Shown piece by piece: positions 12,348 through 26,620 of a stretch of DNA of 64,000 nt. Position 1 is the first letter of the stretch. The number at the start of each line of letters is the position of its first letter. This stretch comes from Octopus sinensis. Lineage: Eukaryota. The notes under the pieces were generated by a model. The model worked only from the letters and a program-made list of their open reading frames with translations, was not told the DNA's origin and ran no database searches. The stretch is taken from positions 89,404,001 through 89,468,000 of the forward strand of contig NC_043006.1 of assembly GCF_006345805.1 (NCBI RefSeq), written 5' to 3'. Both the position numbers and the translations under genes were made by a program.

Positions 12348-12459
12348 GTATATCAGTAGAATAACAAAAACCAAAAAGAAAGGAGTTTCTAACAATGCAA
12401 AGAAGAAAATTAAATAACCTTTATATGTTTCAGGTACAAAGACCCATCATCATCATCAG

Positions 12460-13431
12460 TAGAATACCTAGGTAACCAAGTCTGTAGTTGGGGTGGATGC
12501 TCAGAGACTGTTACCACTAGAATAAGAATAGCCTGGACAAAGTTCAGAAAGCTTCTTCCCCTACTGGTGACAAAGGGCCTCTCACTCAGGGGGAAAGGTA
12601 TGATGCATGTGTGCGAACTGCCATGCTTCATGGCAATGAAACATGAGCCATGACTGCTGAAGACATGCGTAGGCTCGAAAGAATTGAAGCTAGCATGATC
12701 CACTGGATGTGTAATGTCAGTGTGCACACATGACAGAGTGTAAGTGCCCTGAGAGAAATGTTAGGTATAAGAAGCATTGGATGTGGCATGCAAGAGAGAT
12801 GTTTGGATTGGTATGGTCATATACTGTGGATTGACAAGAAGAGCTATGCCACTCCCAAACAGTTGAAGGAATCTGGGGTAGAGGGAGACCCAAGAAGACA
12901 TGGGATAAGGTGGTGAAGCATGACCTTTGAACGCCGGGCCTCACAGAGGCAATGACAAAAGACCGAGACCTCTGGAGGTATGCTGTGACTGAGAAAACCC
13001 AGCAAATAAAGTGAGTCCACAGCTCTAACCTACACCAGTGTCACGTATCCAGTCCACTCAAAAGTACCTTGGATTGTAGGGCGACATGTCATGCTTGAGG
13101 ATATCTATTGAGTCAAGTACATCAACATCAACACCAAACTCAAATCAAATGGAAATTGTAGTTGTGAACCCCATGCTTGTAGCATGTAAAAAGTACCATC
13201 CGAATGTGGCTGATACCAGTGCCACTTTGATTGGCTTCCATGCCCGTGGCACATAAAAAGCACCCACTACACTCTTGGAGTGGTTGGTGTTAGGAAGGGC
13301 ATCTAGCTGTAGAAACAGTGCCAGATCAGATTGGGGCCTGGTGCAGCCTCCAGGCTTCCCAGTCCTCAATCAAACCGTCCAACCCATGCCAGCATGGAAA
13401 ACAGACGTTAAACACTGATGATGATGATGAT
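12460..13431 (+). mobile_element. 5'-truncated RTE-clade LINE
   Basis: EYLGNQV..RIRIAWTKFRKLLPLLVTKGLSL..GRGRPKKTWDKVVKHDL with disruptions; family 3' UTR; (GAT)n tail running into TA repeat. Confidence 0.85.
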
Positions 13432-13440
13432 ATATATATA

Positions 13441-13705
13441 CCTTGTGAGTGGATTTGGTAGACAGAAACTGAAAGAAGCCTATTGTACATATGTGTGTGT
13501 GTGTGTTTGTGTATCTGTTTGTCCCCACCACCATCGCTTGACAACTGATGTTGGTGTGTTTATGCCCCCGTAACTTAGTAGTTTGGCAAAAGAGACCGAT
13601 AGAATAAGTACTAGGCTTGCAAATCATAAGTACTGGGGTCTATTTGTTCGACTAAAGGCAGTGCTCCAGCATGACTGCCATCAAATGACCGAAGGAAATA
13701 AAAGA
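13441..13705 (+). mobile_element. SINE 3' portion (head missing next to the RTE tail)
   Basis: CCTTGTGAGTGGATTTGGTAGACAGAAACTGAAAGAAGCC, TG tract, GCAAAAGAGACCGATAGAATAAGTACTAGG..GCTCCAGCATG. Confidence 0.75.
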
Positions 13706-13739
13706 ACAAAAGAATATATACATACAAACATACATACAT

Positions 13740-13792
<53 letters not shown>

Positions 13793-15234
13793 TGCATTAA
13801 CCACTTGCCATAAATCTACTTTTGTGACTTGTCAGTCAATTATTTATATGAGCTGAGTCTAAAATTGTTTCATTCTGTCTACCAGGAATTATAATAAGAC
13901 TGAATAACATTCAGCAAACAGGAACTTTGTTGCAATAATAAATCAAGCATTATAAATATAAAAATTCATCTTGTAATCTTCACGTCAAGTTAGACTTCAT
14001 TCTAAGCCATGGTAACAATTTGGAAGATTAGTCACATGATTGTTATTATGCTCCAGAAATTACTGCACTTCAGCTTGCAGTCACTGAGCTATAGCTATCA
14101 TTATCTAGCTTTGTTATAGGAATATTCTTCTATATGAATTTCTTTTATACGAATGACAATTAGACTATTGTATCTTCTCAATTTAGAAACACAGATCAAA
14201 GTTTTATGAGAGAACGTCTCATTAGCTGCCTTTAAACCCAGTGTTTCTATCTTTATTAAAAGCCAACTTTAACTGTTTGCTTCAGTTATAACTATTACAT
14301 TGTTTATATATCTGGAATATATAAACTTCTGAACCCAAAGATGTGCATCAAGCAATCCCAGGAGACCTTTTAACATGATCTATTTCTGTTGTGAGACATT
14401 GAGCTAGAAAGTTGACTAAATTTTATGAAAAGCTGAAAATTTATATCATCATCTGTATCATTTATATCACCACCACTACAATCACCAACACCGCCATCAT
14501 CATCATCATTACCATTGTAATTTTACTATCCAGTTCTTTAAGGTTTTTTTTTCACCACGTTGGCATGGGCCAGATTCCACTACAGTCCCAAAATGGCTTC
14601 AGAAGCCTCAATGATGATGATCATGATGATGAATGACAGAGAAATTCAGCATTTACAAACCATTCTACAATTACAAATACTCTAGAAAGCTTTGGTGAGG
14701 CTCCCAAAGGAATATAGTGATATTACATGGTGCTACTGTACCCACATCCTAGATAGCATCCAGAAAAGACCCACCCAAGTGACTAGCAGAAAATCACTCT
14801 CAGATATGAGCCAGCCTCTGGTGCACAGTTGACCTGACTCCTTTCACTGTCTTCTATCACTGCCGGGCTTGGGCTCATGCTGCTCCTACTCTCAGGCATT
14901 CTCAACCCATTCATCTCATATTGTGTCCTAGTTTATACTCCACTTCTCCTGGCTCTGCACTAATCACTAGATTCAATCCTTACTATTCAGGATGTCAGCC
15001 ATCAGGAATTCTTTTCTGGCTCCTATCAGTCCCACACTTGTTCACTTTCAAAGTGTTAAGAGGAATATTAATGGCATCAATTTCACCAATCTTGGAAGAC
15101 ATGCAAAGGCCATGCTGCTGCTCCCCTCCCCTCACCTCATTCCACCAAAGAGCAGGAAAGAAAATCATTGTTTATAGGATTGAAAGGAAGATCATTTTTT
15201 ACGGAAATATCTTGACAATGCCTTTGTAGAAAAT

Positions 15235-16405
15235 ACATTATTTCATTAAGTTTGTCGTTTCCAATTTATCAAACTTTTGAAGTCATATTAATTGTTGCTG
15301 TTGTTGTTGTGTAGAGCCAGGTCATCCATGATGAGAGAGCCCCTGTAATACAGAAGTCATTGAGCCCCAAAATCAAACATCTCAATTATCCCATGTCCTC
15401 ACCCACCCACCCAGCTATATTGCACAACCTTACATAGTGGAATAAATTATGACAGTCCAGACATATTACTTTCTCTTAGGGTCATAAAGTGTGACACTCT
15501 GGACATGTTGCACTTTGTAAGTTTTATTCTATGTTCAGATGATTAATATCTTTCACTTACAAAAACCATTCATATTCTGGCAGAATAAGAAAATAATTTT
15601 TACTCTAATCCAGATTTAAATGAAGGTCAACCTGAATGCATTGGTAATTTTATAACCAGTTACGTGGCACAAATCAATTTTAAAAAATACAATGTCATGT
15701 TTTGGACATACAAGTGAATACCAGCAGCTGAAATGGGATTCTTCCAAAGGATCTCTGGAGTATCATTACTCAACAGGATTCATAGCTCAGGGAGTCTCTG
15801 TAGGTTGAGGTGCTACTTTCCTGCATTGAAAGGTCACAACTCTAGTAATTTGGAGATATGATTAGAATGTCACAGGAAAGAATTGCAAAAACAGATTCAT
15901 CAAGCCAAATCAACCAGCAGAATCCTAGGGGTAGGCCAAGAATGAGATGGTTGGATAATATCCATAGTTTCAGCTGGTCATGCTTAGGGATCCAGCAAGA
16001 ATGTGCAATGATGGTTGCTTAGAACTTTACCCCCTCAATCCTCCCAGAAGACGATAGATGGATGTTTTAGCAGTTAGCTCCCCCAGCGGACATAATTATA
16101 TCAACAGAAGGAAGATATTAACCAGTGGAACCAAGAATAAAATTTAGGAAGTGTAACATGTCTAGAGTGTTACACTTTATAACCCTTAGATTCTTTTCCA
16201 TATGTCAGGTTGTGCAATATGGTCCTCAGCTGGGTGGGTGAGGACATGGGATAACTGGGATGATGGATCTTTGGGTTCAGTCAATGGCTTATGTATTACA
16301 GGACTGCCTGATCATGGATGACCTGGCACTACACAACAACAACAACTAATGTGACTGTAAAACTTTGATAAATTGGAAAAGACAAACATATTCAGTGAAA
16401 AAGTA
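15235..16405. repeat. Long imperfect inverted repeat (foldback), arms ~15235-15555 and ~16110-16405
   Basis: GTTTGTCGTTTCCAATTTATCAAA / TTTGATAAATTGGAAAAGACAAAC; TTATCCCATGTCCTCACCCACCC / GGGTGGGTGAGGACATGGGATAA; AAAGTGTGACACTCTGGACATGTT / AACATGTCTAGAGTGTTACACTTT. Confidence 0.85.
15690..16060 (+). mobile_element. Fragment of a second RTE family in the foldback spacer
   Basis: Reads IPAAEMGFFQRISGVSLLNRIHS..IERSQL..RGRPRMRWLDNI, a typical RTE ORF C-terminus. Confidence 0.7.
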
Positions 16406-19400
16406 CCAAATTAAATCACTTAGAACTTCAGGACATCTCCAATTGATATGACTAAGATAAAATATAAAGCTTCCATGAAATATCACTTATATAGCTCTAT
16501 TCCATCTATATTTCTTTGATAAAATCAGGCCATAATTCAAAGAAAAGCTGGCTATTCTCTGCATTTTCAGTTCTCATTACTAAAAGCCTCTTTGTTCTTA
16601 AATGATGTACCTTCTAGCAGATTCATTCTATTAATTCTATCCTTGTTGATATTTAGAAAATGATTTTAAGATATCTAGCTGCCTTGCTGTCAGACAAAGA
16701 GCTACATGAGCAAACAAAGAATTTTCTACATATTTATTTTACCGATTCAATTTAGCAGCCAAATCTTGCTTAACACACTCTGTACTCTCTCCAAAACAAG
16801 AATCTATGTGCCATAAATTTAAAAACTTCATACATATTGTAGAGGTGAAATGGCAGATGGATAACTGTAAGATTGCAAGCCTGGGGATCATAAGGTTAAA
16901 TATGCTGCAGGCATTTCAATTTATTCCATAAAACCTCATTTCATATAGCTATCAGGAACAGGAATGTTACCTGCAATGATCTGCCGTTCTAACCAGAGGT
17001 GATATAAATATCTGTTTCAGTTTGTATAATACAAGGTTAGCCCTTGTTCTATCACTGTCATCATCATCATCATCATCATAATCATCATCATAGTTGTCAG
17101 CATTATTGTTGTTGCCACCATCATTATCATTGTTATCATCATTTTGCTTCTCTTTTCCATGCTGGCATGAGTTGAATGGGTCATGTAGCATGCCATTACC
17201 TTTTCCTGTCCTTCATTATCTAACACATATACACACCAACAGAGAAAACCAGTGACCACTGTAATGTACAAGATGGGCTTGGCATGTATTTTTACAGTTG
17301 GGTACTATTCTTATTTAACTCTAGAGACGATGCTTGCGATAAATTATTCTTTCTACTACAGACACAAGGCATGAAATTTTGGGGAAGGCGTCTGGCTGAT
17401 TACATCGACCCCAGTACTTTCTGTTTTTTTATCTTGAAAGGTTGAAAAGCAAAGTTGACATTAGTGAAATTTGAACTTAAAACATTAATTCAGAAGAAAT
17501 GCCATTAAGCATTTTGCCTGACTTGCTAACGAATCACAAATTTATAAGGAAGAGACAACTGACTAAATTAATCCTAATATGACAGAGGTAATTATTTTCT
17601 TTTTGTATGAGAAAAGTTAACCCAAGTGAGATTTGAACTCACAATATAAGGCAACTTAACTAAATACAGAAATGCAATTTGTACAACCATTTCTATCATT
17701 TCATTATCCTTTACTTGTAAATAGTAGGATACAGGTGTGTTTGATGGTTAAAATATTAAATCCACAACTATGACATTCAGGTTCAATCCTACTCTATCTC
17801 ATCTTTTACTCAGGTTGACCCAAGCCTTGTAAGTGAAACTGGATGAAAAGAAGCTGTGCTGAAGCCTGTTACATGGATTCCATTTTGTCCTTTCTTTTTG
17901 GACTTTACTGAGACAGGTTCCCAATTTCAGAATAACTTCCTGCCTTTCTTTCATCTGTACTAAGCGCCATTCATTGGTATCATCCTTTCCAGTCTGATTC
18001 AGAAGTAAAATAACAAAAAAAAAAAAAGAAAGAGAGAGTTGACCTGTATAGTTGATTAGATCAGCCTAGAGTGTATCTGAAAGATTCTTTTATGAAACCA
18101 GGAAGGAATAAACAGTAAAGTTGACCATGACAAGATTCAAACTCAGAACATAGCTATTTTGATTGATACTAATGATTCCATGAATTTTCTGCCATTTCTT
18201 TTAGCAAATAATATTAACAGGATTTGCAGTGAAGATGAGATATGTCTTTCAGTGTCTCTTGATGTATTGTATATGTCTTTTAAATAGAACAGTTAAACAA
18301 TGGCATTCAGATTAGTTTTAGGATTAAAGAAGGAAATGATTAATTCATGCTTATTTAAAAGATTTTTACTGTTAGAAGCATACATTTGCCTGGATAAGCA
18401 AATGATGTTAAAAAAAATCAGGTTATTTGTCTATAACCATCTATATTCTTGGTTATTTATATTTACACAGCTTGTGATATTGATATAACCGAGCAAGGTT
18501 TTATGTGATAAGCTGCAATGAATATAGGAAAATGATTGCATCTGAAACAGATATTGAATAACGACTCTCTAATAAGTGAAGAATAATTTTGAGAAACCGA
18601 AACCAGATATCAAAGGAATTCATACAGGAGACTCAGTATTACACCTTCCAGAAAACTTGTATGCAACAATATCCATTTTACAAAGTCGATATAAAAGCTA
18701 ATCTTATTTTGAATCTGAATGGAAGTAATGAATAGGTAGTTTATAAGGCAGGAACTATGAGAAGAAACACTACTATACTGAAATCATAAATATTTGCATA
18801 ATATTGCATAATGTGTTAACCATAATGTTTGTTATTTGTAGACTATATGTGTGTGTGTGTATACACACATAACATGTACACATACACACACATAACATAT
18901 ACACATACATACACACACATAACATATATAAATGCACACACATGTAAAGAGAAAGAGAGATGCAAACTGCAAATAAAATACAAAGCTTCAATGCAAGGAA
19001 AAAAACCCACAAAAGGCTGATTCCTTCTTGATTTATGGCTGACTTTGAAAGAATAAAAGTAAAATCTTGCAAGCCATCAGAACCTTTTATGCTGATGGAT
19101 ATTCTTTTTATTTTACTCATATCTGTCATATAAAATTTTTTTTATCTCATTCCTAGATCCATTCCCTTTTCACCATAATTTCTAGGTAAAGGGATTCTTT
19201 CTCTCTCTCTATCTAAGCCCATTTCATCTCACAAAGCATATTTACCATATTCCTCTTATTTATTATTACACATCCATGAAACAACATACAAGCAACATCA
19301 ATCTTCAACCTAATATTTGGCTTGTCATTCTCGAAAGAAATTTCCAACTGTCATTTAAAACTAATTCTTTAGCCACGAGAATAGTACAACAATCCAAGCA

Positions 19401-19598
19401 GTCCTGGTGTATATAATACAGGAAAGGATATAAAACATGTCTTATTTTATTCTTTTTATATTGTTTATAGTATTTATTTAGACTGTATCTTGATCTTAAT
19501 GATTTTTTTTTTGTTTTTATATATGTCTTTTTGTTTTGCATCCTTCTTTCTTTTCACACAATTACTTTTTGATCAATCTTTTATGTTTAAAGAAAGGA

Positions 19599-19647
<49 letters not shown>

Positions 19648-21559
19648 CAAAAAAAATTATATACTAAAAGAAGAGGAAACAAAGGCTATAAATAATAGCT
19701 AACTTTTATATTAAAGTGTGTGTGTGTGTGTGTGTGTGTGTTTGTATGCATGTGAATGAATGGGCTGAAGGGAAGCATTGCAAAGAATAGCAAGAGCAAT
19801 AATAAAATCAGAACTGACTTTTATTATGTTGATCAGCAAGGGAAAAAAAATAAAACAAAACAAATATTAAAGAAAGCAAAAATCAAACTATGAGAAGCCC
19901 ATATCAATAGTGTTTAGCCCATACATTCTGCTTCCAATCAAAATCTATTTTGGGACTTTTAATTTCATTCTTTGTTTTTGTTGTCTGACAGCAATAATAA
20001 CTCTTGAATTCAGAAATGCACAGCTTTGGTTTCTGGGGCCAAGAACAAAATCAGTCAGAAAATATTTCATTGAACAGAAGATAAAAATTTGGCAGGAAGC
20101 TGTTGTATTTACTTTCTTTTTCTTTTCCATTTATTATTATTTTTTTCTGTTCAGATGGATCATTTTACTGATAGTATATATAAGTATATTGAAATAATGT
20201 CTTGCAAACCTCATGGTAGTTGTCAACTTCAAAACCTTGCTCATAACTAATACTTTAAACTTCCCCTCTCTCCGTGTGTGTACGTGCGCACATGTGATAT
20301 ATATATATATAGATAAACATGATGGTAATATATAAATGTTTGCATACTCACACGCAAGTAAACATGTGTACATACATGCATCCAGATATGTATGTAATTT
20401 TATTTGTGAGGCATTATTAACACTGTATTAATTGCTAATCAACCAATGAATAGAAATTGTAAACACAAGAGGTAAGTTTGAGCATTTTTGCTGTTTAGTA
20501 GTAAGTTCCTTATTTCTATGGAAAGATAGAATATCTTATAAAACTAAAAAATGTATAATGAAGGAAGAAAAAAAGTAAGTAAAAATATAATACCCCCAAA
20601 AAATACCCCAAAATAGAAAAAATGAAAAGAATAGTGCTGGAACATTCTATTTCCTGTCATTGTTTTAAATGTGGAATTTGCACTTCTGTTAGATATAATA
20701 AATTAAATTATGTTCCCAAAAGATATAATTTAATTCTGGATCTAAATAATGGCATAGATTGCTTTCATTGTTTGAAAAAAAAATTTGAGAAAAAAATGAT
20801 AGAAACATTAAAGTAGACATGAAATTATTTGAATAAATTGAGTTGAGCCAAAGAAACATTTCTGGTATGTGAAAATTCTTCTGGTAATAATGGAAAATGC
20901 AACAATAATGATGCATATTTCTCTTTTTTTAGAGTTGGGGAGGAGATGCTGCTGGCACCAGATAATGGCAGAGTCATAACTAAAATATAATTCTCATACT
21001 TACAGAAGTAAAATGACACAGAGAGATTCTCTAAGGACTTTTTGGAAGAGAGAGAAGTTTATCATACGACTAGTCAATTATCATTGTTATTTTAGGCAAG
21101 AAAACTTCCTTACCATTAGCATTATTGATTCATTGAAGATTGGATCTAAATTTGAATTAAATTTCCAGCTATAATACCTAATAACTTTCTCAAGATTTCT
21201 GTTTATAATACTGAGTTCTCAAAGAATAGAATTTGAATTATTCTCTCAAATGGAATATTGGTTTCTAACACAGGCACAAGGCTACACCTCTTAGTTTGTC
21301 ATTCTTGTCAGTGATGGAGGGTTGAAAGGATAAGTTGGCCTGAGCAGGAAATGAAATCAGAACATAGAAGGATATAACTAGATACAACAAGCCTATCAAC
21401 CAAGCCCAGTTGTGACCTTTATTTCTCACTTTTATTCTCACATCTGGGACACAACACAAATTTCCTAGATTGTGTCCAAAGAAAGACTGACTTATTGGTA
21501 GAAAGTTATACTTAGACATTCTCCATGCTTGACCCACATGCTTTCTCCTCTTTTTTTCT

Positions 21560-22592
21560 GCAAATTAGAAGTAGTCAGTAGCTTCCATTACCTAGGTAAC
21601 CAGGTTAGTAGTGGGGGTGGGTGCTTCAGGAGCATAGCTGCAGGAATACAGATAGGCTGGGAAAAGTTCAGAGAGCTCCTACCTTTGCTGGAAAGAAAGG
21701 ACCTCCTGCTCAGCATGAAAGGCAGATGATTGTATGATGCCTGTGTGTGAACAGCCATGCTACATGGCAGTGCAACATGGGCTGCAACTGTGAAGGAGAT
21801 GCGTAGGCTTGTAAGAAATGAAGCTAGTATGCTTCATTGGATGTGTAATGTCAGTGCGCATGCATGGCAGAGTGTAGGCATCCTGAGAGACAAGTTGGAC
21901 ATAGGAGGCATCAGATGTGGTGTGTAGGAGAAACAACTGTGCTGGTATGCTCATGAGATGTATGGATGAGGAGAGCTGAGTGAAGAAGTGTTGCACTCTA
22001 ATGGTGGAAGGGAACCTGTGGAAGAGGCAGACCCAGGAAGATGTGGGATGAGGTAGTGAAGCATGATCTCTGAATGTTGGTCCTCATGGGAGCAGTGACA
22101 AGTGACCAAGACCTTTGGCGATAGTCATGGCTGATGCCAGTGTCACGTAACTGGTCTGTTAAAAGCACCCCTCAAATGTTGCACGATATGCTGTGCTTGT
22201 GAAGACCTGTTGAGCCAAGTGAAATCGTAGTTGTGGCTGATGCTGGTGCCATTTGACTGGTACATAAAAAGCACCATTCAAGCGTTGCGCATTATGGAGG
22301 CAGTGATGGGTAATCAAGACCTTTGGTGATATACCGTGCTTGTATAGACTGTCAAGCCAAGTGACACTGTAGTTGTGGCCGATGTTGGTGTCAGGTCAAT
22401 GGCACCTATACTGGTGGCAAATAAAAAATACCCACTACACTCTTGAAGTGGGTGGCATTAAGAAGGGCATCCAGCCATAGAAACCTTGCCAAATCAGAAT
22501 GGAACCTGATGCAGCTTACCAATTTTCAGTTAAACTGTCCAACCCATGCCAGCATGGGAAACAAATGTTAAATGACGACGATGATGATGATG
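21560..22592 (+). mobile_element. 5'-truncated RTE-clade LINE
   Basis: KLEVVSSFHYLGNQVSSGGGC..GWEKFRELLPLL; GRGRPRK; family 3' UTR and GATGAT tail. Confidence 0.85.
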
Positions 22593-23394
22593 CTACTATA
22601 ATGGCCTCTGTTTCTCAGAGCTGGTTGGTCTTATGGTACTTCCATTCAAGTATTCGCAACACGTCTCTCCCTTCCTTTCCTCACTCATGTTTTGTCCAAC
22701 CTTTGAAACTCTACACTAACCACTACCCAATCCTTCATTCTAAATAGGTCATCCTTCTAGAATACTTTTCCTATCTGTGTCTTTCCTGCAAGTATTCCAT
22801 TACAACACTTTAAGCAGAATGTTAATAAGTTTTAATTTCACTGGTGTCAGAAGGCTAACAAAGGCCACAGTCACCAATCTTTCCTCTAGAGCTAGCTATA
22901 AAACCACAATAAAGACTGCCTGATCCACCAACTGATTCCACTGGAATATTAAGAAGACACAATCACCAAAAGGTGTCAGTTAAACAATACAACTCTACTG
23001 ATATGTACGAGAATAAAACTTTTTGAAAGAATGGAGGTATGTCACAGACTGGCTGCAGTCAAAAGACTGAAACCGACAAAAGAATACTACACATTTTGAG
23101 GGTTAGGGTTAGGGTTCCATATCAATTCCTATTTTTTCATTTAATATAATTCAAGACTTACCAACAATCAAAATATTTGTACAAACTTTAATTACGAAAA
23201 CATCAACAAAATACATCCTTTCTACTTAATCTTTCTTTAACATCTGAATATACAATATTTTTCATTTCTTTTCATTCACATTTTTCATTTTTTTTTTTTG
23301 GTAACCGATGGGTATAAAAAAACCTTTTGATACAATTCATACTAATGAACTATATAGAATTACTTTTCTTTACTATTTAAACTTTTCTTTAATA

Positions 23395-23748
23395 TTTAAA
23401 CTCCATCTGTCTAACACCCATGGTCATGTTTACAAAGTCAGAAAACAGCACAGCTCCCATGACTTTCGGAAACATTTTTTCACACTAAGAGTTGCTGAAG
23501 CATGGAACAAACTGCCGGCATCAGTTGTTAGTTGTCAGAGCATTGCATCCTTCAAAACTTCCATGCTTCCTGAGATTCGCCAACACTACACCTGATTTTC
23601 TCCCCACCATACACATGGAAGCATGTATCTGACTAATACACTGTTCGCTTTCCAGACATTTGTACATTACTGCATATACTTTATATGCACTTTTGACAAG
23701 TTGTGGTGCACCTGAGCACTGTATACAATAATTTCATTATTATTATTT
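23395..23748 (+). mobile_element. CR1-clade LINE 3' fragment
   Basis: FKLHLSNTHGHVYKVRK..RKHFFTLRVAEAWNKLP; 3' UTR and (ATT)n tail closely matching the copy at 42971-43746. Confidence 0.9.
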
Positions 23749-25227
23749 TAAACATGAAAAAAATATAAATGAAGTACTAGAGATGTTATCAAGCTTTGGG
23801 TGAGGTATCATTCTCTCTCTCTCTCTCTCTCTCGGAGAGGCACAAGCACCTACACACACATTTCTAGATAAGAAGTGAGGCTTGATATTTCCTGTAATGA
23901 ATTTATCTACAGTCTGTACTGACTCCAGCTCTCTCTCTCTCTGCTGAAGAAATAAATAGATATTTCTTGCATAAACATGAAAGCTTGAGATTTATTCTAT
24001 AAAGCTGCAGAAATAGAAAGCTGGAAAGTTCATCTACTTCCCAGGAGTATTAAAGATTAAATGTCTAACTGTCTCAGTTGATTTGTTAATAAGATTATAA
24101 ATTTTTCAAACTATTAACATTATCTTTAGAGATAAAACTAACTTCAATATTTACATGTCGATTGGACATCAAACAGATCGAAACGTAGTAAATGCAAAAC
24201 ATTGAGTTTTTTTTTCTCTTTTCTTTACTTTCTTTTTACATCTCCAAAGATGAGGTTAGCAGCCTGAGAAATAGAATTGGATTAGCATTAAAGGTGTTTG
24301 ACTGAAATGAGGTGAGAGAGGTGTGGATGTTGCTCATCAGGGTGTTTGGCTTAGGAATCAGGCAATCTTTCCAGGTGGAGCTGCTACTTTTTATATTCAG
24401 AGGTCTCAGTTCCAGTAGTACTACAGACATGTGAATAGAAAATCACAGGAAAAAATTACAATACATATTCTTAAAGCTGATTCAAGCAGTAGGAGAGTAA
24501 GGGGTAGACCAAGAATGAGACAGTGAGATAATATTTGCCTAGGACTAACACTCCTACTGGAGAAAAAGCAAAGTTAGAGAAGCATTAATAATAATCCAAA
24601 ACCAAGACTTGAAAGAGGAACCCACCACAAGGGAGGCAGAAGAAAGGACGCCTTAAAAATAACTTGAGGAAGGACACAGAGGCAGAGTTCAAAAAGCAGA
24701 GATCCAACTGGAGGAAAGTAGAAATGACAATCCCAGGGTTGAGAAAAGTGGAGAAAAGTTATTAATGGCCTAAGCTCCATAGGGATTAAGTAAAGTAAAT
24801 GATCTGAGAAAAAAAATGCATTTGAGTGTGTTGACTTTGGAATACTATGTCTGAAAAGGAGCCGAAACACCTTAAATCAGGTTTAATTGATTTGGGGCAA
24901 AACAACAACAACTAATAATAATAATAAAACTAGCAACCATGCTTAAGAAAAAGTATTTTCATTGTCTCCTACATAAATAGGATTTTTTAAAAACAAAACA
25001 TGCATAAGTAAGAGATACTGGTTGAACCCCAACAAAATGAATGATTAAAAACTTCACAATCTGCCTCCATACCTTTGGTCGTGTAGTTAAGGAACTAAAT
25101 TCGAAACAACAGTTTTAGATTCAGTTCCACTGCATGACACCGTGGGCAAGTGCTTTCTACTATAACACTAGGCTGACCAAAACCTTGTGAGTGAATTTGG
25201 TAGAGAGAGAGACTGTAAAGAAGCATC

Positions 25228-26620
25228 CTCATCATTTAACACCTGCATTCCATTCTGGCATGGGCCAGATGGTTTGATAGGATCCAATGTATCAAAGGAT
25301 GGCATTGTGCTGGAGGCCAGTGTCTGTTTTGACATGATTTCCGTAGCTCAATGCTTCTCCTAACACAACCCACTTTATAAGATGGAATGGGGGCTTTTTT
25401 TTCCATGCCGCCTGCACTATTGAAATTGCCATGCAGCTCACAGAATTATAAACTTTGGGGTAAGGAGGTCTGCTTCATGCTTGGGGAGAAAGGACTGAAC
25501 TATGAGGTGGTGGTGGTGGTGATGGTGGTGGTGGTGATGGTGGTGGTGGTGGTGATGGGGTAGTGCAGATTTTTGCAGAGGATCTGCATGGCTACTCACA
25601 TCTATTAGAGGAAGGGAAGAAAATGAAGAATAAGAGCTACAAGAAATAGTTAATGGCAATGAGGTATCTGGATGGCCCCACAAGGTACAAGGTGAATCAG
25701 TTTGCAAGATTGTATGAGAAGAATGAGAGGATGAGGAGGCAGACTGCCAAAATGGATAGAGTTGAGAGGGGAATGAGCAAAAAGCTATGAGCTGGGTGTG
25801 ATAGAAAGATGCAGAAAAGAGTGGAGGCAAGTAGTAGCACTAGTAAAGATGATACAGTTGTCAGGAGGGAGGACAAGAGAGAAGGATGACATGGTTTCAT
25901 AGTCTGTGTGACCTGAGGGGAGAGGAGTCAATGTAACATGGGTGGTGAGCACAATACAAAACCCAGTTTCATTAACAAGTGGTAGCTCTTTTTGAGAAGC
26001 TCATATCACCAGAGATCTCAGTTATTTGCAAGCTCCTCCAGGCTCAGAGTCCAGAGGTCAGCCTTAACTACTTCATTCCATGTCCTCCTGGGTCTCCCTT
26101 TTCTGCAAGTTCCAGCCACATTTAGCAATCGATATTTCTTTACACAGCTGCCCTTATTCAGATGCATCAAATGTCCATACCTGTGTAGTCTTCTTTCTTG
26201 CAGATAACAACAACTGACTCCTCTAATGCCCAGCACCTTTGTACCAATTCTTTCATGCATACCAACACTGCACATCTAGTGGGGCATGATTGTTTTATTT
26301 CTTTCCAGCTTTTTGAAGGTCCTCTGCTTTTGAAGGCCTATGTTTCACTATTATGCAGCATTGCAATTCTAACACAAACATCATACAGTCTGCCCTTTAT
26401 TTGTATTGTTGTTAGCAGTGTTAGTAGGTCCCTGAACTTTCTCCAATCAGTTCTCCCTCTAGCTACAATACTTCCAGAGCAACTAATTACATCTCCCAAG
26501 GAATAATAACTATCAACTACTTCTCGTAAGCTGTCTGAGCATTTAAGAGACTCAGTATCCAGTGTGTTCACAAGAACTGCTCCAGTGCATTTACTGCATA
26601 TGAAGCCTGCATTGAGTACA
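25228..26620 (-). mobile_element. RTE-clade LINE fragment with long 3' UTR
   Basis: Minus ORFs WRKFRDLL..GRLYDVCVRIAMLHNSET and YGHLMH..GRPRRTWNEVV; UTR 25228-25990 homologous to 60300-61060. Confidence 0.8.

Noticed and set aside
18580-18735. Two short overlapping open frames in unique DNA
   Set aside because: No splice signals in phase, no domain similarity
19305-19410. Minus-strand acceptor-like site with DCLDCCTILVAKEL... frame
   Set aside because: No convincing donor; peptide unrecognised
20933-20990. Plus-strand acceptor followed by a short open frame (VGEEMLLAPDNGRVITKI*)
   Set aside because: Too short, no donor or homology support
23098-23116. GGGTTAGGGTTAGGGTT telomere-like repeat
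   Set aside because: Under three units; insufficient for an interstitial telomere call
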